Positions 26,859 to 38,870 of a stretch of 64,000 bases of DNA are shown in pieces. Every line of letters starts with the position of its first letter. Within the stretch, counting starts at the first letter, position 1. The translations under genes were made by a program, and so were the position numbers. Below the pieces are notes generated by a model. It worked only from the letters and a program-made list of their open reading frames with translations, was not told the DNA's origin and ran no database searches. The DNA lies in assembly GCA_973895155.1 (NCBI GenBank), contig OZ316892.1, forward strand, positions 12,526,238 to 12,590,237. The letters run 5' to 3'. The stretch comes from Marsupella aquatica. Lineage: Eukaryota > Plantae > Marchantiophyta.

Positions 26859-27222
26859 TAGGGCATTTCAAATATTGAAAAAAACCCTATCTCATGGGCA
26901 TCCATTGATACACTTGCTCACCAAAATTGGGTATAGTCTAGTAGTGATTATTTTAGGGCTCTCAGATTTGAGAGAGATGGCAACAATGTATGAAAATTGC
27001 AAGGTGAGTCAATGAAACAAGCTCAAACCAGGTTCTCTCCTCATAGCAGTTGGCCCTCAGGTTTGGTCACGACCTCGGGTGTGACTGGTCGGACCTCACA
27101 TTTGGTGGCTCGGGTGTGACTAGTCGGACGTCACATTTGGTGTCCGACCGGTTGTTCCTACTGCCCCAGGTCATTGTATTTGAGTATCATGTGCAAAAAT
27201 TCATTCTCTTTGAGAAGCCCTA
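26859..27222. mobile_element. hAT-like MITE
   Basis: 14-bp TIR TAGGGCATTTCAAA / TTTGAGAAGCCCTA (12/14); flanks ATGTAA / GTGTAA, an imperfect duplication shorter than the usual 8 bp; AT-rich insert separating minisatellite units. Confidence 0.5.
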
Positions 27223-28808
27223 GTGTAAGCAAGAAGGTGAGTGAATTACTTTGTGTATAGCCAAGCCAAGCCAAGGCCAAGCGAGGTACTGTACCTTACT
27301 GTAGGGAGGAACATGGATGGACCACAGTGTTTGTGAACGAAGGAGCGACGGAACGAACGAACCCTAGCCGTCGTCGAGCTGGAGCTTGGAGCTGGAGCTG
27401 CTGGAGCTTTTTGGTGTAGTTCCTTTGTTGCTCGTGAGTAAAGTCCAATTCGTGATTCGTTTCGGCTCTGGGGACAGGCTATGCCGGGGCGAAACTCTGC
27501 GTGGAAACAAGCAACGACCGTGAGTTTTGGGGGCGGTGTTATTTTCGTCGAGGAACGCGAGGTCGGGGTCCGTTTCGAGCCATCCATTTTCGAGATTCCG
27601 GATGTGAGTCTGCGGAAAAAATCTGGGGGTCGAAAAGACGGGGAGAAACTGGAGAACTGCTGCTGCTGCTGCGGCCCTCCTTATTACTGACTGACTTGGA
27701 CTGACTGGCTGGACTGTACAATTGATCAATCATTCATGGACGTGGTCGATGGTCAATTGGTCGGTTTACGTGGGACGGAGGTGTAGACAGAGAGCAACAG
27801 AAAAAGGGCGGATAGTGGTGAGTCGAGGAGGAGGAGGAGGAGGAGGAGAAGAAGAGGAGGAGAGGAGAAGAAGAGGAGCGAAGGTCAAGGGGAGTAGCGT
27901 GGGGTGAAATGCGGAGTAGACCTGGCTAGGGCAAACAGATGGTTGTTCCTACTTGGCAGGCTTAGCGGGGCAGTGTGTGGAGAGCTAGGGCCCACAGGGA
28001 CGGTGTTTTTTTAATCTGCCTTGGTGGCTCGTTCGGGTGTGTTGCTATGTATTCGTGGGATGTGGTGATGGCCGTCCCCACCTCACTTGCCTGACATCTG
28101 TGTTGGGGCCCTTTTCTCTGCTTCTGCTCCGCTTTTTTCCTTCGCGTTCCAGGGATCGGGCTATCTTCGGGAAACGTCCATTTTTCCTCAACTCGTCTGC
28201 CGGGTTGTGTCGTTGCCACGAGGGTTTCTGGGTATCGTTATATAGGGAAGATTCGCGTTCGGTCGCTGTCGGTCTTGCAAAGAGTTTTTCATATTTGTTC
28301 GAGTAATTTTGTGGTGTGGGTGACGGCCGGGCTGCTGTATCGAGCGAGGGTTGAACCCGCTCACAATTTACTCACTTCTTGGGGAGAGACTGTGTCCTCT
28401 CGAGCCAGGGGAAGCGCAAGGCGAAGGAGAGAGGCTCTCGTTCAGAACAGCGGAGGATTTGTTGATCTGCGAAAGGAAGTAGGCGTCAGTGATTTGCGCG
28501 TCACCAAGGTCGTCTGGTGCGGAGAGGTTTGAGGACTTCGGTTTTTAGGGGAGGGCTTGGTTGGCCGTTTACTTGGCTTGAGAATTCAGGGCGTGCGGCT
28601 TTCAGGGTCCTGGTGATCCTCTGGAGTGCGAGAGTAGGGGCGGCGGGACAAACGGATTGTTATCGTCTCCAAATATATCCAAGAGGGTTAGGAAAACGTG
28701 AAGTTTGTGGCCTCATCGAGTGCGTTCTCCCGGGGTGTCGATCTTGCAAATTCCGCGGGAGTTTAGGATTTGTGGTTGGCCATTACGAGCGTTGAGATTA
28801 CGGAAGAG

Positions 28809-31800
28809 ATGGCGGCAGTCGCTCAGCCTGCAGAACGTATCCTTTTGTTATTATTATGAACTATCGCATGTCACTGATATCGAATATTGGCGCCGGTCAT
28901 GGCTGTCCTTCTTCCTCCTCCGCACCGGGGTCAATGTAACTTGCATGTGAAGGGATCTGTCAAGGCTAGCCATTCCATCGGGTGGTTCGTCGTTGAAGTT
29001 GGAGAGGATTTTGCATTTATTTGCAGTGATCCACCTTTTCTGTCCTGCCACACGGCAGGTTGTCCGCGTTGAGCGCTCACTTGGCAAGTTAGGTCATGTA
29101 ATCAAGAGCGTTCTCGGTCGTGGCCAGCAATCACGATGTGGCAGTTCGAGATTGTTTATTGCTTCTTGCAAAACGTCTCTCTTGTCGTCTTATATGGTTA
29201 CTGAAGGGAGGGCCGACAGACGAATCGAAGAATTCTTCCATCTCAAATGCAGATCCTGTCCGCTCGTTCTTCAGTGGACTATCCTGTCCGCATCGAAGTC
29301 ATGTCATTCTTGGTCTTTCGTTCTATTTTACGATAGTTAGTTACCATGTCCTTCTTTGTTCCCCGTTTGCTTTTCATGCGAAGCAGCTAGCGAGCCTACT
29401 TTTCCAGGTCAACCAGGTGTCGGGACCATTGCAGGAACGCTTCTGTCACCATTCCTGAGGATATGCGGGAGGTATTGTTTACGATACATCAACTTCCGAC
29501 GTAGTGCCTCGCGCTTTATCAATATGGCCCATATGCCCTCGTGGTCTGTTGGGGTTTTGAGCTCCGCGCTTAGATATGATCGTCACTCTCATTGCCGATT
29601 CTTACTTTCGGAATAACTTCAGTTGAGGATTCCGTCACCAAATTGCAGTGAGAAAGCCGGCGCGGTGGCGAGGAATTTACTTTGCCTTTCCTCTCTGTTT
29701 GTCGGAGATTTCTGAGAAGAGTTCTTCGTAATGCTCTGGACCGATAGCGTAATGCAGTATTGGGTATTGGAAGGTCCCAAGTTAGACGCCTGTAACATCC
29801 CTTCACCTTCGTTGCAACTTACCGCATTTTCTTTCAACGCTCTTCTAAGTCCTTACATAACAGGCGTGACGTGGAATTTTCGCGATCTACCTCTGTACTT
29901 TTTTCAACGGTTTTGGCCTGTTCACTTCTGTGCGGGTGTTTTGGAACGGTGACTTAATTAGATTCTCGAAAGTTGTATTGTTGGGTTCGATTGCGGTCTC
30001 CTTCTTTATCATGGTCCAGGATCAGAGCATTTGAATGCATCCTGGAGTGGCGACTTGATTTCTTGTCTACGGAGGCTATCACAGATGCCTGCGCTTGAAG
30101 TCGCATCTCAACTTAGATGCAACTCAGGATGAACTCTTTCTTGAGAATTGTTTTGAATCGTTACACGGAAGTTTTCCAAAGTAGGCTCAACATAAGAGTC
30201 ACGTCGGCGTACTGTGCCTAGAGCAGTTCTAGTGGTTCTTAATTCTTGTCGAGTTTTCAAGAAGCTCTTGTGTAGGTCGGTCATCTATTTACGTGAGTAC
30301 CCTAGTCGTACTCCAATTTTTGGCGCTCGTTGGTCTGTGATCTCCGGTCGAAGAGTTTGCCTAGATGTTAGCTGTTCACCGTGCATCGATGTGAAACCTT
30401 AACTACAGTATCACAGAAGTGAGCGATATGCTGCAAAATCTTAAAGTGAGTTCAAACAGCAAGTCCGGTGACATCACCACTGCGGAGGTAGGTCATCATG
30501 AAGATTATACTTATTTTCTGGTCCACTTCTCCGAACTTTTGTTCGTAGAGTTTTTTATTTCTCAATCATTCTGGTGTAAGGAGATCAAGGTACCAATTAA
30601 AAGCTTGTTCGTTGTGCGAGTTGTACTGAATAGGGTGAGGTCGATGGTTTTAAGGAGGTTTTGCCCTAATACTGGCAACTGGGATATTTGATCTCATACA
30701 ACACACAAGCATGTTTAAAGGGGTCGATCTGATGGTGTCGTCGACTTTGAAATCGTGTGTCCCTTCCGTACTTCAGATAGCGACTTGAAGTACTTTGTGA
30801 CACGTGTTCTTAGCTTGGTCATCTGCACTAATACTTTAGCCGTTTGTGTCTCATCAGGCCCCTCCCAGCCAGGATGGGAACTCATCTGATGGTAGTGGTG
30901 ATGCATCAGCATCAGGTGGCACTGGAGATGCTGCAAGCACCAACGGTGCTCATGAGGGAGCCGTAGAGCCTGGGGTGTATTATGCACCCAATGGCTACGC
31001 GCCCCACGGATATGTGTTTGAGTATCCTCATGGAAATGGTTAGTATTTTTGCGTGCATTACCGTTGTTATTTGACTTTCATATCTTTTTCCTTATCGAAC
31101 TCAAGTTCCTGCGATTTTTTCCTTATGCAATTTTCGTACGGTTTTCTTAATACTCTGTTTCTTTTTTCTGTGCTTGAAACAGTTGCAGGGTTTGAGGCTC
31201 CGGTGACAGGGGAGTGGGAAGAGTACACTCGCTTTGTAGGAGTAGATGGAGTAGAAATCCCAGCTCAGGTATTTGCAATGTCAGCCAGGAGCTCTATTTA
31301 GTACCCTTTCGAAAGTTGAAGTGGACTTCTCGAAAAAGGCTTTCTTCATTTAGATGTTTTGTTTTATAGTGCTACTCACACTGATGGATCGCGCTGCTTT
31401 GCCTGGTGAGCAGGGTGTTTACAACGAAAATGGCCAAGTGGTGTATCACCATCCAGGTTATGGCTACGCATCGCAACCTGGGTACGGCCCTTACAATGGC
31501 GGTGCTCCGATACCTACAATGGGAGCAGACGGCCAACTGTATGGTCCTCAGGCCTTTCAGTTCCAAGGTCACATGTATCAGCAGCCTGTCTCTCCAGGGG
31601 CCCAATACATCCCAACCTCAAATTCGGTTTCAGGAGAGGGCCCCACGTCAGGAGCTGGGGAACCTGGCCCACCTGGAGTGGAGGGAAACGTTTCTGGAGC
31701 GAACGGCAGCACTATTTCCATGGGTCCGCGACCTGGATACCCTGTTGCGTTAATACCTACACATGGGCCGTATGCGAGGGGTGTTCTTCCTCTAGCTATC

Positions 31801-34013
31801 CAACATCCACAAGACCAAAGAAGCTACGAGGGTTTAAGGGCAGGTGCTCCGTCCTGGGCAGATGTCACGAAGATCACAGAAGGTCAGCAGAGACCTGGAG
31901 TGGCTGCCTTGCACATAGTGAGCCAACCCCCCCCGGGTTCGGGTATTCCTTCGCAGACTCTTAGACCCATCACACCGTTGCAGGTGCAATTCTCTTATCT
32001 ACTCGCGTGACATTGGCTGAAATCAGGAGAATGAGATGTTAGAGGATTCTAGAGCCAGTCGATTTGTTAGTTTTATCCTTTTTCTGGTTTTTTTCTGTGC
32101 CTGAAATCTGTTAAAACTCATTTATGATAATTTGGTCTTTCGCAGTTGCATATCTCATCAGTACCTCCTCAGAGGACACATGCTATTCCTTCTCCTGCTT
32201 TGGGGCCAGGGGCGCTGGCAAGGGGCTATCCTCCCTTAGGTAGGGCAATGCAAAGCCCTAATGGATCTGGACGAGGTGGCCGGGGCTCGCAAGTGGCTGG
32301 AATGGATTCTCGATCGAACGGGCGAGGTTGGATTGGTGCAGACAAGAGTAAGCCGCGGGGGAGAGGTGCCGGACCTTTAAACAACAGCAACGGAAATTTG
32401 GATGTTCTGAATGAACAAAATAGAGGACCGCGAACGACAAGAATAAGGACTCAGCGCACCACTCCTGGTGTTCTGCGCCACATTCGAGGCCAGGGTGCAC
32501 CTTTGAATGGAAGCAGCGATGCCGTAAGTGCTCTCACGAATAGAGAGCAATATAATCGGCCAGATTTTCAAGTCAAGTACGATCAAGCGAAGTTTTTCGT
32601 CATCAAATCTTACAGTGAGGATGATGTTCACAAGAGCATCAAGTATAATGTGTGGGCAAGCACCCCAAATGGCAATAAAAGACTGGACGGGGCGTATCAG
32701 GATGCCCATTCCAAAGCGGGCCCCTGTCCCATCTTTTTCTTTTTCTCTGTAAGTTTTCATGGAAATGCTTCTCAGCAACTTCTGCATTTTCTACTAATTA
32801 ATGAGTGCAGTGGAGCTTTGCAAGGCGGCAATTGTAACATATTAGTGCATTCTAGTTCAAGAAGGGTTGACGTAAATGATGTTCTGTTTTGCAGGTCAAT
32901 GCAAGTGGCCAATTTTGCGGTGTTGCTGAAATGACTGGCCCGGTTGATTTCAACAAGAGTGTGGATTTCTGGCAACAAGACAAATGGAGTGGTCGTTTTC
33001 CAGTAAAGTGGCACATCATTAAGGACATTCCAAATTGTCAATTTCGCCACATAATCCTCGAGAATAATGATAACAAGCCTGTGACCAACAGCAGAGACAC
33101 TCAGGAGGTGGGAGTCTATTTTCTTAAATATTCATTGTAAATAGGGACTATGAACAATGTAAGGCATGGGGATGTACATTAAAGCGTAGATTCATGTACA
33201 ATCTTCCTGGCTGTTTGAATTGTGTGAAGTGACGTCCAGATATCCGTCATTCTCCATTTATTATAATCTTGTGCATTCATTGGGTCCCCTCCGTCGCAAG
33301 TATAGTTGGTAATGAATATTTCCACTCTTTGTCCCACAGATCTCTAACATATGGTGCGAAATGGTTCAGGTTAAGTTCGAGCAGGGACTTGAAATGCTAA
33401 ATATTTTCAAAAGTTATGCATCGAAGACATCAATATTGGATGACTTTCAGTTTTATGAAAGTCGACAGAGAGCAATGCAGGAGAAGAGAGCAAGGCAACA
33501 GGCACAGCAGCAGAGAGAGCTGCAACGTCAGCAGGTTAGGAATTGTAAGGCAATCTATTTGGTCTGAGTTTGAAGTATGGTCTGTTTAATTGGTTGTGTT
33601 TTCTGTTGACACCTCTCTTCTTGTCGGCTTAACAGGGTGGAAGTCGTCCTTTGCCTGAGCGTGATCAAACACAACTTTCTGAAGTTGGTACATCAAAGGT
33701 GAAGGTGGGCAAGGCCGTAGAAACTGTCGCAGAGAAAACGGACTCCAAGGCAATTGTATCAAATAATAGTGAAGCGAATTCTTCGATTCTGGGAGTGAGT
33801 GAGAGCGGCTCTAGCGGGACAAGCCTACAGAGCAATCTATCGTTAACAAATTTGCCCTCAGGACCCAAGGAAGAGGCTGTAGCGGCTAATGATTCCAGGA
33901 GTGAAGATCTTCACCAACCTGAGGAAGACAAGGAAAACGCGCTGACAGATGGCACCCCTGTAGTTGATGATAAGTTAGTAGAGAAGGAGCATAAAAATGT
34001 CCTGCCAGAATGA
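28809..34013 (+). CDS. YTH-domain m6A reader (ECT/YTHDF clade), 9 coding exons
   Basis: Exons 28809-28836, 30417-30487, 30858-31038, 31189(or 31183)-31268, 31414-31983, 32146-32748, 32895-33107, 33370-33534, 33636-34013, all GT-AG and in frame. N-terminus [18 protein letters not shown] resembles ECT2; Y/P/Q/G-rich disordered region; YTH domain [29 protein letters not shown]...FWQQDKWSG...VTNSRDTQE with all three cage tryptophans. Confidence 0.95.
28837..30416 (+). other. U12-type (minor spliceosome) GT-AG intron 1 of the YTH gene
   Basis: 5' splice site GTATCCTTT at 28837; branch site CCTTAAC at 30397-30403; CAG acceptor ending 30416 with no polypyrimidine tract; splicing joins C+AA = Gln in frame. 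Confidence 0.88.
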
Positions 34014-36797
34014 ATGTTTAGTGTCGGTGTCATTAAAAGTTGACTTAGGATCAGATAAGGTAAAGATTGTGGTGGCCAGTTGTAGCAGTGCATTAGCTGC
34101 TGAGTTTAGGATGCTCAAGATACAGGAGACGACAGAGGCAACTGAGACAGCTTGCTTAAGAAAGAATCCCTTGGGGAGTCAGCTGAGTGTACAGCATTTC
34201 ATCCACGCTAGGGTTCAGGTACGAGCTGAGGAATGGATCGGAAGGGAAGGTATTTCTGATTTCAGTTTTGATGAATAATCATGGGGACGAATAGACTGAG
34301 CTGTGTAGAATGTGCTTAAGAACCCGGATGGAGCCTGCAGATCCTTTTTCTCAAATCTGTGGTGATGAGATGCACTATAAACATCTCTGCCCATTAGTAC
34401 TGTACTGGAGCTGAAGTAGTCTAAGACGAGAGCAGTGGGACTCTTTCAACAGTTCGTTGTAAATTTAAAATTATACTAAAGTTGGGGGTTGTAGATTTTA
34501 AGGTTTTTTGTCACAAAGGGATGACCCTCCGAGCACAGCCTGTCCAATTGAGGGTTCTTTCCATTGCCAGGAAGTTTTGTAAGAGTTCTCAGCCAAGAAA
34601 GGCATGAATGCAATAAAGCCTTTCCATTCATTTGATTACGGTTTCGTTATGACGCTGTCACTGCAAGGTCGGATCATGCTGAAGTCAGATCTATTTTTTA
34701 TTGACGGACTCGTGATCCTTAGGTTGACCAAGCACGAGGTCGAAAAATCTGTTGTGCAGTGACGTATCATGTCTACAGGGCGGGCTTGTGAAAGCCATCT
34801 GGAAGGAGATAATACAGGGAGAATTATGTATCAAGCACTATGGTTGCTCGTACTTGCCTTACACTTAAGTTGGTAAGATGCATTGAAATCCTCTTAGTAG
34901 GATCATGTTGGATAGTTGTTCTCAATGGGACGTGCACCGATTGTTGTGGTAGGCTGTAGTCTTAGGATGTTTTTGGTGCTGCGAGTGTATCTTGTGTTGG
35001 ATTATCCATGTTGATATGCTCTAAGTGGGATGAAATCTCACTTCATCGTATTTTTGTAGGCAAAGCTTCCGTTCGAGGAGGATGCAGGCAAGAGTAATGG
35101 GCCTTATAGCGTAATCTCCGCGGACGTGGAACTGGAGGCCAATTTGAGAACGACATTTCGTTGCATGGACTCTCTTCGGTGCGTCTGTTAAGGGAATTTC
35201 ATTTGTAGGTATCATGAACGACCCTTCAAGAGAGCTCTCCAGCTTCTTCGTTCAGACCAATAATTTATCTTTAAATCTACTTAAGTTTGGGTGTTCTAGT
35301 AGATATCGTCGCGTGGCATTCTGTACTAAAAATTATTTTACTGTTTAGTGTGCTGTTTATCTGTATGACCTCTTCCTCAATAGACTCCGGGCTGAATTAC
35401 GGTGGTCGACGTTGACACAGCTGGCTTGAGAGCAGAGGTCATCACTACCACCCAGAAAGTGACATCAGTGTGCAAGGTTGCGGCGTAGGACGTGATATGG
35501 CTACCAAATTTTCAGTTCAGTCAGTAATACTAGCAGTTACAGAAAGATGTTTCCAAATTGTACCTAGGTGACAGCAAGTCACTGGATAACATTAGCATTG
35601 GACATATTTACTCTGAACCTATTCACGAGGTTACACAATCCCAGGAGGTTGGTTTGGATACCCAAGGGTGACCCTCCTTGTTTGATAGTAGTTCATAATG
35701 AACATATTCTTTAAACAGAAACAGAGGTACAAGGTGAGGCTAGTGGTTCTTATTTCTTTTGGAGTTCACTTGCGACCCTCTCTCTGGCAGATGAAATTAG
35801 GCTGTCAGATCACTCTACATGTGACATCATTGGCGACATGGATTACATATGGCAGACATCTGGCGACATTGCCTTCGTGTTTGTTTTCTCCAAAATCTCC
35901 GTTTGTATAACTCACGTGCAAAGAAAGGTCTTGCAATTCTGCCAGCTGTTTGCTGAATCTTTTTATCCTAACAGTCTACTTCAGTCAATACAACACAACA
36001 GTCATGAGAAATCATCCAGGATAGGATGCTCCAGCTCTCCACATATTCTGAAATTCAATTGAATCCTCTCAAAATGTTTCTTGTTGTAGACTGTCTTCCG
36101 AGAAATGTGTGCTTTCTCCACACATTGATACGAAGCAAACTGAATGTAGGTTCCGATCACACCCCTTGGCTTGCCCTCTCTCATGACTACCAGATTGCCC
36201 GCCCACATTTGTAAATGCATGTTAGCATACACCCACTTAAAACTAAGATTAAAGAATACTCAACTACCCTCCTCGAGTCCTCCACCCAGCAGATCAAGAA
36301 CTGCAGATTTTCTTGCTGTCACCCTCCAGAAGAATTCACTGTAAATAGTACCGTTGAATAGCGGTCCATACATTAAGCCATGCACCCTAATTTGACACAA
36401 TTGACATTGTTTTGTTGTACGTCCTCACGTCAATGCCCACTTGATAGCAATTGTTGCCAATAAATAGTGTAGTGCGTGCTGGACGTAGTTTTACTTCGTC
36501 ATCTCCTCACATTATTGCTCACTTCATAGTGCAACGATGGGGTCTCTTTGTTGGATTTTGAGTGCCTCGAACCCCATGTGCGTGTGAACTCCCGTTTCCA
36601 TGTGCAATGGGAAATGTCTCTTAAGATCCTCTCTCTGAGTTTACAGAGTGGAAGCATTAAAATGTAGTTTGGAGTGAATTTAGCATGTAGTATTTTGTAG
36701 TGATGGGTGGATTAGCATTTCAGTTTTAGCATGTAGTGTTTCTTTTTGATGGGTGGCTGATAGTACTGATCGTATTAAGTTATAGCTTGGAGTGAAT

Positions 36798-37025
36798 TTA
36801 GCATGTAGTATCTCCTCCAGATGGATGGATGGTAGCCCAAGTAAGCACCTGCAAGTTAAGAAAAGGGTAGTGGACTTAGCATGTAGTACTTCCTCCAGAT
36901 GGATGGATAGCCCAAGTAAGCACCTGCAAGTTAAGAAAAGGTTAGTGGAATTAGCATGTAGTACTTCCTCCAGATGGATGAATAGCCCAAGTAAGCACCT
37001 GCAAGTTAAGAAAAGGTTAGTGGAC
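36798..37025 (+). repeat. Minisatellite, 3 units of 75-78 bp
   Basis: Units start at 36798, 36876 and 36951: ttagcatgtagta...cctccagatggatg...agcccaagtaagcacctgcaagttaagaaaagg; degenerate starts at 36680 and 36726. Confidence 0.95.
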
Positions 37026-37339
37026 ATAGAGACTCATGAACAATGGTCTACAGCTGTGTCTAGAAATTCTTCTATGTAGAGATACACCTCTAGTTGAGGG
37101 ATGAGGCTCGGGATGAGGTGGAGAATAGTATTGTCTAGTGGAGCCTTCACTTCCTTTTTGGTTTTCATCAGGATTTAATAACATATATGTGCAAAAGACT
37201 AGCTAACAATAAGTTCGTCATGCCTGGATAATCCCAAGTGAAACCACCGATACGAATGATAAACTAGACAAGCTCCTTAGCAACAAAAATAAATCTACTC
37301 CATGGATTGCTTCAAATCCATCTACTCCCTTGTATCATG

Positions 37340-38870
37340 GGCAAAGGTAATTAATCCGTGGACCCCCATGTTCATCCAAGGAATGTGTATGTGTGTGATG
37401 AAGTGAAAATTAATTTTCAGCAAGGCGGGAATCGATGGTTTTGAGTCACCCGGTAGTCTTGGTGGAGATGATCTCTCTGGTTTATCATACATAAGGTTGA
37501 ATGTGAAAGAATTAAATTTTTTGACGGTCTTTGCTTACACATTGAAGAAGTCGTGTTTCCATCATTCACGATTGATTGTTTGTGAGTTACGTTGAGCATT
37601 ACCGCCACAAGACAGACTGGAGGACAACGTTCAGCTGTTGGCGAAAGAGTGCTTGTGGTTCTGGTGGGAAGAACGCACAAAACGGACAAGCCATCACTTC
37701 ACATGAACATTTTGTAGTTTTTTTATTTAAGAAAGCTATGGTGTGAAGCCCGGTGTGAAGGGGAGACTAGCAGCGATTGTTTCTTTGACATAGAGGCTGA
37801 ATTTGGCATCAACCTGTGTTCAGAGTGAGCTTTGCCTGAAGATTGGAGGGATGCAAACAATTCAAGCCGAAAATCAAGCGTTGCAGAGAAGTGGTGGCGA
37901 CGTAATCGAATAAATCAATTTGCAGCGGCTAAGTTTGTGATGATGACGAGATTGTGACATCTCTTAATCGAGAAAGTGTTTCCAATGAGCCTCAAATTCA
38001 CAAATTTTGTCAAGTTCCAAATGAGTTTTTGAATTTCTCTGCCTTTCCAATGAGTGTGACAATAAGAAATTTTGATCATGAGTTCAGGAATTCTTTTAAC
38101 TTTCCAACATTGAGTCCACATTGACAAATTTCTTGTTAGATTTTGTCAATATACTAAAGAGATCATGAGGTTTTAAATCTCCCAAATCTCTAGCTTTCTA
38201 ATGTGTGACAAATGTGGAGTATTCGTCAAGAATTAGAAAGATCATGAGTATCCAAATTTCTCTAGCTTTCCAATGAACCTAACATTGATAGATTTGGTCA
38301 AGTACTAAGGAGATGATGAGTTTCTAATTTTACTCGAGCTTTCCAATGAGTGTGACATTGAGAGATTTTATCAAGAGGGTACTAAAGAGGTCATGGATTT
38401 CTAAATCTTGATCTTGAGTTTTCCAATGAATCAAACATTGACAAATTTCATCAAGTACTAAGGACATTGATTATTTAGTTATACAATGTGGAGCCAAAGA
38501 GTTTCTAACTATGTACATTTTCTATCAATTGGTTTTTTCAAACTTGCAAACAATTAAAAAATACAAGCATTTTGATGTAAAACATTGATATATCATTGAC
38601 AAACATCATAATGGTAACTTTATTTTACTAAATGACATCTCTTCCTTTGTATACTGGTTTTTTTTACACTTAATACTTATGGCATGGCGCCCCCAAAATT
38701 ACGTTGTTTTTGCCACAAACATGAATGTGCACTTTTGTTACTGTCAAAAATATGATCGTCCCTGTTTGTGGCAGATTTAGCTGGTTGTGCAGATGTGGCA
38801 CAACCTCGTGACATGGAATTTGCAAGGGACCTCTCATGGGGGTCTGTAAATATATGTAAATACATTTACC
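37340..38870 (-). repeat. Dispersed repeat, inverted copy 2, with an internal TTTCCAATGA-repeat block
   Basis: Reverse-complement homology to 18930-20150; 37980-38470 holds about 7 degenerate tttccaatga...caagtactaa units. Confidence 0.75.

Noticed and set aside
460-34013. XRN and YTH genes as a functional RNA-decay cluster
   Set aside because: They are 28 kb apart and separated by TEs; adjacency alone is not evidence in a eukaryote.
36680-37079. Repetitive ORFs on both strands; likewise 61550-62192 and 26654-27015
   Set aside because: They are translation artefacts of minisatellites (units of 75/78 bp are multiples of three).
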